The notes under the pieces are model-generated. The model saw only the letters and a list, made by a program, of their open reading frames with translations. It was not told the origin of the DNA and searched no databases. Positions 1 through 14,305 of a stretch of 64,000 nt of DNA are shown in pieces; within the stretch, counting starts at the first letter, position 1, and every line of letters begins with the position of its first letter. The position numbers and the translations under genes are program-made. This DNA is from Antedon mediterranea (lineage: Eukaryota > Animalia > Echinodermata): positions 16,473,881 to 16,537,880 of the forward strand of contig NC_092678.1 in the NCBI RefSeq assembly GCF_964355755.1, given 5' to 3'.

Positions 1-3000
1 CGTCGTAGTCTGTCCAGTAAAGATAGTTTCCATAGATATCAATCCTGAACGGTTTATTCAGCCCAGTTATAATCTTTCTTCTGTTAGTTCCATCAAGGTT
101 AGCTTCCTCAATTAATTTACTGCTCAAATCACTCCAATACATCTTTCCAACTTGAGAATAGTGAAAAACAAAAATGAGAGAGAGAGAGACGTTTACGATT
201 GAATATTGTATTAAAGTTTTTAAAAAAAGAACATTTCAAGCACATGACCTTTTAGTAGGCACTTTAGTTCAAATGAAGAAAGGTTTTCAAGAAAATAATA
301 AATCACAATGTAAAACGTAAAAGAAAATCATTGAGAAAAGTGTACTCAACTGTAAGCATAGCTTAGATTATGGTGTCTGAGCAACATACTTTGTGCCTAA
401 CAAGTAAAAATATCATTATGCGCATGTTCATGCGCAGGGTTGTCTTTTTACTCGAAAGACGCGTGGCGCGTCGTTTGATTGCAAAGTCGTTAATAGGGAG
501 GTTTCGCAATCTTACGAATACGATAACGGAAACGGATACGTCACGCACACGTATTCGTTTTCGTAAGCCATAAAAAAATCTGTTTCGCATGGCAACGAAA
601 TATCGAGGCGCGTCCAAAATATGACTGCGGTAAATTTGAGCGAAGCGCAGGTACGTGTTGCTTGGTGCTTGGCTGCCTAGGCCTAGCGTAACATCAAAGC
701 GAGTGAGGACTTTAAAAACTGCTATTTATCTAAATTGACCTGGCATTTTAGTAAATTACTTTAGTAAATTACTTTCAATAAATCTATAATTATATTATAA
801 TCATGAATTCCTAATTCAAATGCAAAATGTGCAAAATAGATCAAAAACTTTTGTAACTCGTTTTGTAGTTACGAATATGACTGGTGATATTCGTCAACAC
901 GAATACGCTTTACGAATATGAAATGGGGATCAGCTCAAAAGTTTCACAAATGTATGACGTATCCGTTTTCGTTATCGTATTCGTAAGGTTGCGAAACCTC
1001 CCTAATGTCAGGAAGTAAAGTAAGACGCAGACTCTACTACATACATACATTGAATGTCAAAGTGATAACCCCACGTACATTTGACATGATTTTGTAGTAT
1101 CATGCACGAGAATTACATTGCTGAGCCAGTCACGAATGCGCACAAATTGATTACATATGGAGAGCGTGCACAAGGTTAGCTTAATTTTGTCAGTACATGC
1201 ATCATACTACATCTTTCCTATCTTGAAAATAGTATATCAACACAGTAAGGAAGAGAGAATGAATTCAATATATTGATAATATAGTTTGATCATATGCTTG
1301 CTTATTCTTATAAGTACAATTATGTTAAAATGTTCTTAAAACGGATTAGTGTGTACCAATAGCTTCACGATATAAAGAATATATTGTGTAAAATCCATAG
1401 CACTTATCAACCACCGCCTTGCCTAATCGGTATGTGGATAACAATAGACATAGGCCACGATATGTAATCGATCGTTGTTTTTGTCATTAAGCTCTACAGG
1501 CTCAAAAGTTGGTAACATTTTATATTTTAACCTACAAAGTTACTCCTGTTGCAGGTATAAATAAGCAATGTAATAAGCAATGTGGCCAGAAATGATCATG
1601 TGATTTATAGTAAGCGACTTTATGTACAGGCATCAATAATCATAATTATAAATAGTTAGCAATAGTCTACATAATACGGTAGTACTATTATATAACTTAC
1701 TTGCATTTAACATGGTCATACCGTAACTTACCGGGAACTGCTAAAACAAGTCCTTTTGCCTTTGTTACGTTTGTTACTAAGACGGTTCTTGTACTCAAGT
1801 CATTTAACTGCGCTCGCTCTATCCTGTCCTTTATTGTATCAGTCCAGTACAGGTATCTAAGTATAAGTATAATCTATGTTACTACATTCTGTTACAAGTA
1901 GTTCACGTCCTTTCCACAGATAAAAAATATATTGAAACTTACGAAGTTACTGAAGCTGATAAGTTATTAATGATTTACGAAAAATGTAAAAAGAAATAAA
2001 TCTTTATTACTTCCTTTTTTTAGTGGTATTAATGCATTATTATTATTACGTTTTTGCTTACTAATCAAAAGGAAGAACCAACAGAATGGAAATGTGAAGT
2101 TCATAGTTGATCTCCCTCCAACGTGAAAAGAGGTTTACTGTCTATATAAGGTGACATTACCCGTTAGATATATCAAACGTAACTAAAAAGAATTGAATAT
2201 AACTTTAATACGGCCAGTCTTTTACAAATATTAGTAATTAATTTAGTAAAAGTGGTTCAATACAGTGTAGCAGTGTATCACATGTGACACATGTATAAGC
2301 CTAACATAACTTTAACCATAACATAGTACAGGCGCCATGTGAAACATGTGGCAAGGTATTTACAGAATTAGCCTATACTGGACAGATTGTACGATACGGT
2401 GCAGAGAATCGGGTGTGAATGAAAAGTATAGAAGCTTCTTAAGTTGAGATGTTATTAATGAAATTCATTTCGTTGAATGTTTTAAACGTAAAGGCAATTC
2501 TTTTTTTAAACATTCTTATTATTAAATTTGAACGAACTGAAATGTGTGGTTTAGATGCATTAATAATATACAGAATACAAGTTCACCTGAGATGTGATCA
2601 CACAGTTCATTTCCTTTGGATGAGTGGAAAAAAATAGATAGATGTACGTTAAGAGAGAGTGACATACCCGTTAGCTGTATCTATCTCAATTGCATGTGGT
2701 TTTTCTAATCCTGTGTCAAACAAAATTGTTTTGTTTGTTCCATCCAGATTGATTACTTCAATTCGGCCTTCTTTTTTTTCTGTCCAATAAAGTTTTTTTC
2801 CAACTTCATCAACGGCTAAACCACGCACACCTTAAATAATGATGACAATTAAACAATTACTGCAATCCTAACCTATGCAACTTACTTTATATGCTATAGA
2901 CTAAAACTGTGTTAACACATTTCAAATGATGCTCAACCCTCGACTAGGGTTATGTATTTTATTTTACGAAACTTTAGCACGAGGACGAAAACGTTTAATT

Positions 3001-6000
3001 TAACGGATGACGTCAACAATAAAGCCCCATTCCCTACGTTTTTTAGATCTAATTTAAGATCACAAACTATATTTAATGTAAAAATAATACTATATGGTCC
3101 TATTGCGATAACTTTTTTCGTCTTTAAACAGTTAAAAATGTGAAAAATAAATCGATTCTAATAATTATAGCGGCCCGCTATAAATCCCAAAATGCATTGC
3201 GCGCGGATTGATATTTTTGTTTTTCACCTGTAATTCGCCCACTTCTATCGATCGTGAAGCCAAAACAAATGGAAGACTCCTAACTTTTCAGCGAAAATAC
3301 CGGGTTTTCCCTAATTTGTATCAACGGAGTCAGGCAAAAATAGAAAGACAATTAATGCAGCAACTATACAACGTCAGGCTAGGTATACAGCTAGCGTACG
3401 ATGTTCGTACGTTATCGATGTTTACCAGCTAGGCCTACAAAACTAAGCCTTGCTAGGCTAGGCCTAAGACCGTCCACGAGAGGTCGGTCGCCGCGAGCTA
3501 CTTAGGTAGTGCATTGTTTCTCACTTTTTATCATAATTTACCATAAAACGTACATTTAAGACAAGGAATGACATGGTTTAATGTTTTTAAAGTGATATAT
3601 ATGTATTATTTTCAAAAAAACGTTCCAAATTGCAGGGAAGGGGTCTTTAAGTTATTTGCATAACAGTGTAGTTCATGATTCAGCAGTTGCGATACCCTTT
3701 GGTTAACGTTTTTCACGTCGCTATTATTCAGAAATAAGGTTCACGACGCAACTAACTATAGTTGTTCGTAATGCAATTGCCCACGTAGAAAGAAAAAAGT
3801 ATGTTATATATATATATATAATTTAAGGCGTATCTTAAAAAAGCAAGGCAGTGTAATAATTGAACCGTACGATAATTTCTTTTATGAAAAGTTGTACATT
3901 TTATGATGGGAACATTATATAAGTTATGCGTTCGGAGGCCTAAAACAGATTCAATTTATTTTAATGTAGTTCAACATCGTAATGGTCGGCACTATTTTAG
4001 ATTATAAATTTCAAGAATCTGCAGATTTAGGTACAAACACGTTTTAGTGAGATTCCTTAGATATTAGTGAGTGACATTGCAAGAGATAGCTTGGGTTTTA
4101 CAAGAACATTGATCCTATTGCAGAGAAATAGTCATTAGATTTCGTGGCAATTTATTTACAAAAATAATTAGATAATGTCTTTATGTTTACAGAGCATGAT
4201 ATATTGATTGTATTCCATGTTGTTTTTAACAGTTACTTTTACTGGTTAGTTGAATTTTTTTGTAAAATTATGTTTATGATATTCATAATAATCTTATACG
4301 TTTATTTCTGTTATAGGTTTTATTATTTAATTATGTTCGGTGTTTTGATTCCTAGTGTTTATTGATTCTATTTTACCCTTTATTATCCCAGGTGTTTTGT
4401 TTAGTTCTTCTATGCAGTGGAAATGAAAAAAGAAAAATTTTTGTTTGCGAAAGCGGTATATAAAAGATTGGCCTATATAAATTACAAATATGCTGTAAAA
4501 TTGTTTAACTTCTCCTACTCTTTTGGACTAGGGGCTATCTTTCCTAACCTCACATCTGTCATCAACGCTTACTGAAATCTTTCGATTCAGGAATCCTAAA
4601 TCCGACCTCGTTATCTACAATTTCTGAAAAAATCAGAGGAATTGATAAATGGTGCTTATACTTACACCTTATGCAAAAAGAGGTAAAACGTAAATTCTTA
4701 ACGACATTATTTTAGTTTAGTATCCTCAAACGTTTAATTATGATTATTAAACAACAACGTTTAGTTCAACAACACTTGGTTCAACCTTGAAAAGGGTTGG
4801 TCTATTTAGGCGATGTAAATCTAACGAAATTATAAACGTTCAAAAAAATAAACATTAACAAAAAAATAAATTTCCTTTGCATACAATTTGATTTAAAAGT
4901 TAGCGAAACAAATGCTACAAAATATCATGATGCTTATTTTTCCTAATAAAACATTTAAAAATGAATAGAATATTACTAGAATTTGATCCCAAAGATACAA
5001 ACACTTCATGTTGGTTGGTGACAAGTGAAAACCGTTCAATTGTGTTGGTGTCGCCATCAGACCAATACAGTGTTAATCTGCTAATGTCATAATCAACAGC
5101 GTAGGGTTCAGTTAATCCGACATTCTGAATAACTGATGCTAAAGTCAAATTTGCGTTGTCACTGGAACTAAGGTTTGTCATATATATTCCAGGAGGATCC
5201 TCTTTGTTGACTACAAACATAACATCACCTGTATTATTAAAACATTAAAAAAAAAAAACGTTTACTTGAATAATAACACCTAAATAAACAATAAGTATAA
5301 CAAAATTAAACATTAACGCCCTAATTATTATTCTATTAAACATTAATTATTGGGATAAAGTTCTTTGCTGATTCACAAATAAATGCACGAACAAATCAAA
5401 TACAATACTTATGCACAAAACAAAAGCGATTTTGCAAAGTTCCAAAGGACTAAATCTGCTTCAAGAGGCGACTTACAGGTCCTAAAGTAATATTGGAATG
5501 TTTCTGTCGTTCTCTTAGTTATTTTGCGACACATTTAGTCTATATTATGTATTACCATCTGTTTAAAAAAAGTCTTTTAATATCAATTCCTTTAAATTTA
5601 AGTTTTAAAAATGTTTCTATTCGTATTTTTTTATATCGAGTGTTATATTGTAAAGAGTTTAACAAAGTTAAGTATTATAGATGTTTATATTTTAAAGGCC
5701 TCTGGATACTAGTTGGCCTGAGGATTCAGCTAGAAGGGTTACCCTCTCTAAATAAAGTGGAAACAAGTTAATAAAAAGACAACATCAAAGCCGATCTCTA
5801 CAAAATTATTAAAAGCATTCACTCCACATTTTCATTAACAGGTTTCTTACAAGCATTGTTCAGTCCCACTATCGCAATATTAAAACTGTAGTTACGCCTT
5901 ACGCGTCTTTTACACCTAAAAATCACCTTTTAACTTTTCATCTTCACGACGCGCAAGGCGCGGCAGCTTGGTTTCCATTAAATCGCTGCACTGTCGCTAC

Positions 6001-9000
6001 GACAAAACGTCGGAACGCTGTTCCCGACGCAATCGCAATCATCGCAGTCAAATCGGCAAAGTTCAACCAGGTTCAACCTTGCAGATTTGTCGGGGACGAA
6101 TCGTAACTATTATCCAATCACACGCTGAATATCAGTCGACGTCACTCGTGGCGGGAATCTGCTCGCTTGTGTTCATTATGATCCACAAACATCGCAATGA
6201 TGATAGCAGCGACAAACAATTTTGACGTGCACTTTCTTAATGAAGTCAGGGAATTTCGTTGTCTCTACGACAAAGTAATACGAAAATAAATACGAATGAA
6301 AAGCAATACCTGGAGTGAGGTGGCGGCCAAACTCGGTTGTACTGTTGAAAAATGCATTCAACGGTACCATAGTGTGTCCGGACCAAATTTTCTAGGTAGG
6401 CCTAGAACACTTTTCTACTACTACTAGCCTATAGCCTACGATATATTCTCCCTCTAGCCGAAAGTATCCCGTAGGCATTTTCAATCGTGCGTCTGGCCCT
6501 TGAAAGTCTGTAATTGTAAATTTTCTGTACTTCGGTCAATCTTTTGCCTTGGTATGGCTTCATCATCTATTTCTTCAATTGGAAGATTTCGTCACATACT
6601 AAAACGTAGGAAAGTGTATACCCACTCACTTCTTCTACATAGGGCACTGACACTCAGATCCCGGGAACAGAACCGCATCGTTGTCCCTTCTGTATCCCCC
6701 GATGTTAACATAGGTGAATTTGTATTTAGCATCACAGATACCCATGATTACAATACTGTGGAAGTTCTTGTAGAAGTTCTAGTTAGAACACCCATTACTG
6801 GGGCATTCTATGCACACATGTTTGCCATCCGCAGCTCCTAAAACATGCGGAAAATTCCATCGGTCAAAAATTAAGTCTTTTGTAGTTGATGGCATCCGCA
6901 TGTAAACAGGCATTAATACACTCCAAATAGCTGAGCATGTTTCTATTACCACGTTGCTTATAGTGAATCTTCTAATTTTGAAATTGAACGCCTGCGAACT
7001 CTGAGAATCACCTGTTGCCAGATATATAATAGTTACAGTAAGGCCACAACTAAATTCACACATTTCATTAAGAAAAGAAACATCGAAATGATAATTTAAA
7101 AAGATATTATTACAAGTTGAATAAATTAATCAACAAGATTTAAATGTTTGATATTTCATTGACCTATTAATATTGCATTCATGCCAGAAAAGAATATAGA
7201 GAAAAGACTACGACAGACTGATGCTGAACAAGGAGACCAGACACTAGTACCTTTACAGTCCTCAATGTCCTTTCATGCATCGTGTATGCCATTTCTGCAT
7301 TAACAGCATCATCTTCGATAGGATTGGATTATAAAAATCAATTGATTTCCGCTTAAAATGATACAATCCTTAGATTCTGGTAATGTCTGCTTATATCCAT
7401 GATATGACACGCACCTCACAAATATGTTCCTCTGTACACAAATGTTATTTACAAGGAAACATTGATTTTGAGTGATTTAATTGGAATCCACTACCTTTGT
7501 TAACGAGTATTGACTCGATATTGATTATATGATTTATATTTGCCTGGTAGAAATTAACATTTTTATTAATAATGGTTTGCCTATTTTTCGAAAACAATAT
7601 GTCTGTACTATAGTGCAGAGATTTTGTCAAACGTGGCACTACACTATACAGCATACTGTAAGTTGTAATACTTAAAACATATTTTATATATGACACAGTA
7701 TACAGTCAGTTATCTTAATAACATAGCATACTGTAAGTTGTAATACTTAAAACATATTTTATATATGACACAGTAAACAGTCAGTAAAAACATTTTATAT
7801 ATGACACAGTAAACAGTCATTTATCTTGATAACATAACATCAATCATCATGCATAAACTATTTTACATGAAACATTATACTGTTAATGTAATAACTCATG
7901 ATTACATAAACATCAGTGGACTATTATATAAAATAGTTATGATCATTTTGTTTACATAATAGAATCATTTATTGTGATATAACACGAGGTGGACATAATA
8001 AACAAAATGATCAAATATCTGACACAAAAAAAATACATAAATATATATACAACAGTGAATAATAACACATGATAAAACATATGTACTGTATATGACTGTC
8101 AGGTAATAATTGATATCATTATTACAAGAAGTCATCATATTCATATTTCTGGTGTAATAGGCCGGCTGTACTACAATATGCTCTGCTAAGCCAAGCCCAC
8201 TAATAATATGATTACATAGTCTAGTAAGTAAGCTTTGGTCAGGCCCAGCAGGCTAGACTAAGTGCATTGGCCCCTAATATAGGCATAGTACTTGGTAGTA
8301 CAGTATATAGTAAATACTCTTCTAGCCTTAGTATTTAGGCTAGCTAGGCTTTATTTAATTAATATTTTAATAATAATTACTAGGCTTAGGTACTAGCTAG
8401 CCTAGCTAGGCATATTTTTAGCTACAGTAGGACCAGAGTATAGGCTATAGGACTGATGTCCTGATATGATAGGCCTCTATCATAGGCTAGAATAGTTTAG
8501 CTCTAGCTAGGCATAAACCTGTGTAGAAGACCGGTTGACTTTCTTAGCTATCTGTTAAAGTACTCTCGGTCTTTTTTAATCCATATATCTTTTACCGTAT
8601 CTCAAGAAAATATTTGTCATAGAGTGTTACTTTTGGTGTCAAATTGTTTGGAATATTTCTATGTAGTCTTTTACAACTGTTTTCCCTAAAATGCTTGGAA
8701 AAAGGTTAATTTATTGGCATATTTCCCTTCAACAAGTAAAATATACTAAAAAATCAAAGAGATGCAGGGGCGGAGTATTATGAATCAAAATCACTAGTTG
8801 TAAATCTGTCATAAAACATGTTTTAAATTGTTACAAAAAGAAAATATCTAGTCAATAAATTACAAAGTATGTCAGTAAGCTAATCAAAGTTGGTTAATTA
8901 GACAAAAAACAATTGGCAAATGCCTATGTACACGGCACATATCCATATTGTAAACAAAAAAACAAATGTTAAGAGAGCATTAACGAATGGCGTTTAAAGT

Positions 9001-10826
9001 CAAGGTGTTCAGACACAACAATCACAACATTCCATGCCTGATCATTATTTCTATATTCAGATATTCATGACAAACGCACTACAGTTTACATTGTAAAGTT
9101 GTTTTTTGTTTAGCCACCTATATCCCCAAAAGACTCGTTCAGAAGCTTTATCAAGCGGAAAGCTTATTATCTACGGCTGACATTTTTTGGTATTTTGTAA
9201 ACTCGACTAATTGATAAGTCCAAGCTGCTGGACCAAAACAACGTCGGGGAAAAGAGAGTACAGTATATGAGTGATCACGGTTGAACGATTTTGGCTGACT
9301 TGACGCGAATCAACACAGTGAAGTGTACTGAGCAATGCATGTCCAACACACGCGAACATAATGTATTGCAATTCATTGACTATTAGTTTAAATAAACACT
9401 GTTTTTTATTTAATAAAAATGTAATATCATATTTGATTGAATTTTACAGTGTTGATATACAAAATATATTACTAAAAACCGTATTTTTAAAGTTCATACA
9501 ATTACTTACTGAGGGCAGAATTTATTTACTTCGTTCGTGGCTAAAAACGATTCGTTTCGGCAATGTTTTGGACTCTATTTTGAAAACTAGAAGTCAAATT
9601 TTCCTAATTCTTTTCTTTATTTTATTATTGATACAAAATATCAACTGACAATGCATGCATGCATCGTTATCTCTAGAATGCTGCTGATCAATGTTGAAGA
9701 AACTTAAAGACCCTTTATTTGCATACTTTCAGTAAGTTGCTTCAACATTTATCCGCAGCATTCTGCTACAGTCATCCATCATCTTTGTGTTTCTTGTTAG
9801 GTCACAAGCTACATTTTATGTACAGATAAATCCTATATATATATGGGCATATGGCGTTAAATGTTTGTTCGTCTTATACACAGTTAAAATGTGATAAGTC
9901 TAGGCAGGTCGGGTAGATAATTCTCTTTTAAAACAAGGAATCACCTAGTTTCATGTTTCAAAATGTATAATAAAAAAAAAATCTATTTTAAATTTAAAAT
10001 TTATTTTAATTCTCACAGTATCATTATAGTCGATATCTTTCTTACATTACATTCAAGTTATACTTCTATGAACAAAAATAATTATCGTAATTTCTATAAT
10101 TTTAATTAAAATATGAAAAAAATAACGTAAAAAGCACTAATTTACTTATAATACCGAATTGGGAGAAAATCATTGTTCGTCGGTATCTGGCGTTACGCCA
10201 GTTACCGACGAACAAAGTTCTCTAAAGTACAGTACTGCATTTTAGTGGATGTTTAACAAAGAATAATTAATCTTGTGAACAAATTGTCTCTATTTAACTT
10301 TATTATATCCTGGACATAATGTAATGGAAGTTACCAACTGTCGGCGATACAGTGTAGCGATTTAATGGAAATCAGGCTTCATGACGTGCCATTATTTTTA
10401 CTCAATATGCGTACATGTGGTAGATTGTATAATGCTTTAGGAAAAAATATGTAATACCATTATCTAGTTACCGATATATTTGATTAATTTACCGTCACCC
10501 GTGTGTGAACGAATAACAAGAACCACAGGGATAATAGAAATGTTAATGTGTAAATACATTTTGATTATTAAAAATGTTTAGTAATGTTAAAAAACTTAAT
10601 TCCGAAAACATTTTTTGTTAAATAATAACGAAGTAATTCATATTGAAATCGTAAAATACACAGTAGCCTACTTTGAAGGGCATAAAAGTTTTTTTCTCAA
10701 TGTAGAAGCAGTTGGTGGGAGATACATTTACATCATTGGTAAATACTAAAATAATATTAATAACGTACCTTTACTTAAATGTAGAAAGGTGGAAAGAAAG
10801 AAACAGATGAATTTCCAACAGGCCAT
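1..10826 (-). CDS. Paralogue A (3'-partial): secreted YWTD beta-propeller / C-type lectin family protein, exons 1-5
   Basis: Hand-spliced exons 10769-10826 (MACWKFICFFLSTFLHLSK-G, signal-peptide-like), 4977-5228, 2668-2830, 1732-1856, <1-150. All introns are GT-AG with matching phases (1,1,2,1). Motifs LYWSD, LYWTE, LYWTD, MYWSD and LYWTD are LDLR class B repeats. Collinear with copies B and C. Confidence 0.88.
495..1003. mobile_element. MITE with ~55-bp TIRs (AGGGAGGTTTCGCAA...TTGCGAAACCTCCCT) and 3-bp AAT target duplication; PIF/Harbinger-related superfamily likely
   Basis: The inverted ends are visible. The empty site gcaaagtcgcTAATgtcagg occurs in paralogues B (~25610) and C (~60111). 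Confidence 0.85.
3023..3646. mobile_element. Non-autonomous DNA element with short TIRs (AGCCCCATTCCCT / AGGGAAGGGGTCT) in a TTAA site; Kolobok-like
   Basis: Flanked by ATAA and TTAA. Copy C has the empty site aaacaTTAAgttatttgc at ~62736. Confidence 0.7.
6440..7040 (-). pseudogene. Disrupted Harbinger (HARBI1-like) transposase
   Basis: Recognisable catalytic motifs (GAxDGKH, RARRxIENAxG) interrupted by frameshifts, deletions and stops. Confidence 0.8.
7648..7830. repeat. Short tandem duplication (~76-bp unit plus partial)
   Basis: agcatactgtaagttgtaatacttaaaacatattttatatatgacacagta occurs twice, followed by a partial third copy. Confidence 0.7.
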
Positions 10827-10952
10827 TTTTTTAAACAATCTAACTTCACAGTCTGTTAATAAACAATGTTCAATTCAATTACGTTGTCAAAAACGAATGT
10901 GCAGCTATCACACGGTCGCAATATTATAACTAACGCTATTGTCATGACGTCA
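10827..10952 (-). promoter_or_regulatory. Putative 5'UTR/core promoter of paralogue A
   Basis: A ~115-bp block upstream of the ATG is conserved with 35393-35500 of B. It contains a TATAATA element ~100 nt upstream of the ATG. A TGACGTCA palindrome lies at 10945-10952. Confidence 0.4.
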
Positions 10953-11309
10953 TTTGTTTTTCACTTTGGGCGTTGCGCGTACGATAGGCAGGCTGAGCAA
11001 AATCTATATTAAATGGTATCGTGTGAGATATTTATGCAGTTTTTATCATGTATATTGTTATTTGTAACCCTTAGGGTGAGTTTGAATTATAGTCAACAAT
11101 TAATATGTTGTGCCGGGATTTGCGTGTGGAGTCTTTTTGTTGTTTCACCTTTTGAATTATATAAATTGTTTGTTTAAGCAGTTTCATATCTCTAGGCATC
11201 GCTCGTTATTATGCCGTTTGATTCGAGTCGGCGTACGTGGTCTAATTCTTTCTACTATTATTTACTTCTTTCCCTTTTCAGGGAATTTATTAGTTCAATG
11301 AATATTGAC

Positions 11310-12085
11310 CTTTGGCCCTAATACAAACAAATAAAAAATAACTATAACTTAAGATAATGATTTCTTCTTTCAAAAGCAAAGTAGACGTATTTTCCTAAAT
11401 TATAAGTAAAGTTTGTGTTGGAAAGTAATAAACATAGCTTATTAATAGAAGGAAAAACACGAATAATTCTTGGAATAAAACTTTTTCTGAATCATTATAA
11501 AATGTGCATTGCAAAATAAAATGATATTCATCCTCAATAATGTTCTTTTTACATAATATACACGTTCTCTTATACCTTCCTACACCCTCCCATCTGCCCT
11601 TTTCAATTTCTAGCTCTAATATCCCGAAACGTAACTTAGTTAATCATTTTCTTTGTTTAAAATGAATGATTTTGGTCAAGTGATAACTAAAACATATTTC
11701 TTTTTTATAAAGAGAAAAGAGCCTTAACTTATTATGTAAACTAAATGTTTGAATGCATTTTTGTTTTCAATATCACATAAGCGCAACTTAAATTCTCTCA
11801 AAAAATAAACCTTTACTATTAACATATTGTTGTAACCATATACAACCAAAACCAGTAGAAAAAAGTAAGTGTTTGACCTGTTGTGCCCAACAATTCTCAT
11901 TACGGTTAACTTTTCTAAGTTGAAACTCATAACACTTAAAAATGAATCTGTCATGATCTAAAGTAATACAGTAATATGTAACCAAAATCTTATAACTGTA
12001 ACTAAACAATCCAAAGAAAGTGGTAATCTACCTAACTCAGAAGTAACAGTAATAGAGGGGGTAGTTCCAATCCAATTTTTTATAT
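11310..12085 (-). mobile_element. 3' remnant of a non-LTR retrotransposon ORF2 (RTE-X-like)
   Basis: Minus-strand fragments TTPSITVTSELGRLPL...IRFWLHI and KLRFGILELEIEKGRW...RTCILCKKNIIEDEYHFILQCTFY match the typical C-terminal zinc-knuckle of such LINEs. Frames are broken. Confidence 0.7.
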
Positions 12086-14119
12086 GGAGTGCCATGACTC
12101 TCTGCTGAAAGTAGACAATACGCGCATGCGCGAGAGTAGTTGGGGCGTGGTTAAGCCACGCCCATTCATGTAAATTGCCCACGTTCGTCCGGGAAAAAAA
12201 ATACGCCTACGTTACATTATCTGATACATAATCCCGACTATAGAGGGGGTAGTCTTATTATTATTTTTTATCATCAGAGATTAGATATATGTTTGGAAGT
12301 ATTTATTGAATATTGTATATATTTCGTGTAATTTTGTTTGTTCTTCTTTTACAGTTGTTGAATAATACTAACAATACAAAATATTGTTCAAACTCGATTG
12401 GATAGCGACTCTAACATTCTCGGCATGGCACGGCGGAACAGCACTAGTGCCTCAATTGTACGCACGCGTACCAGAGATCAAATTGATACGCCCTCATCTT
12501 TCGGTAATTTATTCATAATTATATATAAACACACAAGTAAATTTTAATAGTATTTTATATCCTTTAAAAAATACAGAATCAATAATTTAATAAATTTATG
12601 TTATACTGGATAAGTTTAGAGCTTAGAAAACTGTGTAAGCAATTTGAAAATAATTAGCTACGTTAACTGCTGGTTATTTACTCAAAATTTTAGAGGAATG
12701 AAAAAGAAAACAAAGACAATTTTAAATGTGTGGATCCAGACGTCCCGATATCGAGTACCATCAATGTCACTGGATAGTCTCAAAACACCAGTTCCTGCAC
12801 GGAAATTACTTGCTTAAAGATATGTTGTCCCCTATATTTTTAATTTTTTGTTAAATATGCCATTTTAATAAGGTCACATAACAGTTATTCACTTTGACAA
12901 AAAACTGGATCGAAAAAGATTCCTGAAACAATGTAATTTAATATTAACCGTTTCTTTTGTCTTTTCATAAAACTGCAAAATGGCCTTTTCAAATACTGAC
13001 TTTATTATTTTTTATTTTTCAGGTTTTTGAGGGACAATACATCTTCAACAATATCCTTTTTGGACCTATTGTCCCATAAGGCTACAAGATTTTTCTAACT
13101 TTAAGCGTTAAGTTGATCTCCAGCATGATATCTTTTCTTTCTCCACTGTGCGCCTTCAAGTTTTTTTGTTACTCGAGAAATAACATTTTCAACGTCGGGA
13201 TCAGTGGTCATGAGATGGTATTTCAAATCCACGCGTCGTCATTGGTCAAATTATATATTTCTTTGTGTCGCGTCGTATTGGGAACATGGCTGTGTATACA
13301 AGTTATTTTGTTTGCAGCGTCCATAAAGGATTGATTGTCAGTGACGTCTAAAAACTTATTATAATATTATTGTTAGTTATACCTATCTTCATGGGCGAAA
13401 TTATTAAACAACACGCCCTCAGTGTCGTTATCTGCAATTGTCGATGTAATAGTTTTATAGTGTTTGCTTACATAAACATCTACAGCTTCGTGTTTTTATA
13501 GCTATGTCAGTTTTGTTGATAAAGACTAACATATGCACGCGCATGTATGTGTATTATGTATGTACACAATAGGAAAATACGCCTACAATGACTGTTTTTT
13601 CGACAATTTTATTTATGCGTTAAATTACATTGAATCTATGATACATTTGAAATAAACAATTTAAGTTACCTAGATACAGTGCGTAATCAATCATCATCTC
13701 TTTCAATTCACTACACCATTTTCACAATTAACAATAATAAAATACCTATTTAAACACGGTAACTTTTTATGTTTTCGTGAACTCAAATTCGATGATTTAG
13801 AAGATAACATAGGCCGTAGCACGTTAGGTCACGGAACAAGTGACCGCCCTCAATATGTTTCTAATATGTGAACTACTGTAGGGAAGTTACTAAAATATAG
13901 GATGTGGACTTTAATAGGCCTTTTGTTTAATCCACATAATTCACATAGCCCATAGTGTTGTTGATATTTCTCAATAACAGGCAAGTTGTACAGGCAAGTT
14001 GCACTATTACAGGCTTAGTTTAGCCTTCGTCCAACTCAGAAAGCACTGAGTTTGATCTGTACTCGATCAAAGATATGCTTTATATCTACTATACTTTAGT
14101 ATTCACTACAATTTTTACT

Positions 14120-14305
14120 GAACATCATAAGACATAACGTGAAATCAAATGTAATATTTAAGCAATACGCTGGATTGTGCAAATTTTTACCGAACATCAT
14201 AAGACATAACGTGAAATCAAATGTAAGATTTAAGCAATACGCTGGATTGGGCAAATTTTTACCAAACATCATAAGACATAACGTGAAATCAAATGTAAGA
14301 TTACA
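14120..14305. repeat. 72-bp tandem repeat, ~2.6 copies
   Basis: aacatcataagacataacgtgaaatcaaatgtaa starts at 14121, 14193 and 14265. Confidence 0.85.

Larger units (their letters stand above)
5965..10378. mobile_element. Decayed PIF/Harbinger transposon (MADF-type ORF remnant on +, DDE transposase remnant on -) with internal nested sequence
   Basis: TIRs AGCTTGGTTTCCATTAAATCGC (5965) and GCGATTTAATGGAAATCAGGCT (10378). Minus strand 6780-7040 reads YLATGDSQ...IETCSAIW...WNFPHVLGAADGKHVCIECP and ~6440-6500 reads RARRTIENAYGILSAR, both HARBI1/DDE_Tnp_4 motifs. Plus strand ~6230-6400 reads FLNEVREFRCLYDK... (MADF-like). Absent from intron 1 of B. Confidence 0.85.

Noticed and set aside
1695-1731. 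Second conserved GTAAGT donor ~31 nt downstream of the exon 4 donor
   Set aside because: It would give phase 2, incompatible with the phase-1 start of exon 5. Conservation is explained by recent duplication.
1701-1901. Conserved plus-strand ORFs (1701-1901, 26729-26932, 61422-61622; also 18378/53553 and 19994/54739)
   Set aside because: They are antisense shadows of real minus-strand exons, and mostly have non-ATG starts.
4571-4623. Possible extra small exon in intron 2 (TTTCAG...GTAAGC on the minus strand)
   Set aside because: B has a 4-nt insertion and C has lost the acceptor. Exons 2 and 3 already join in phase without it.
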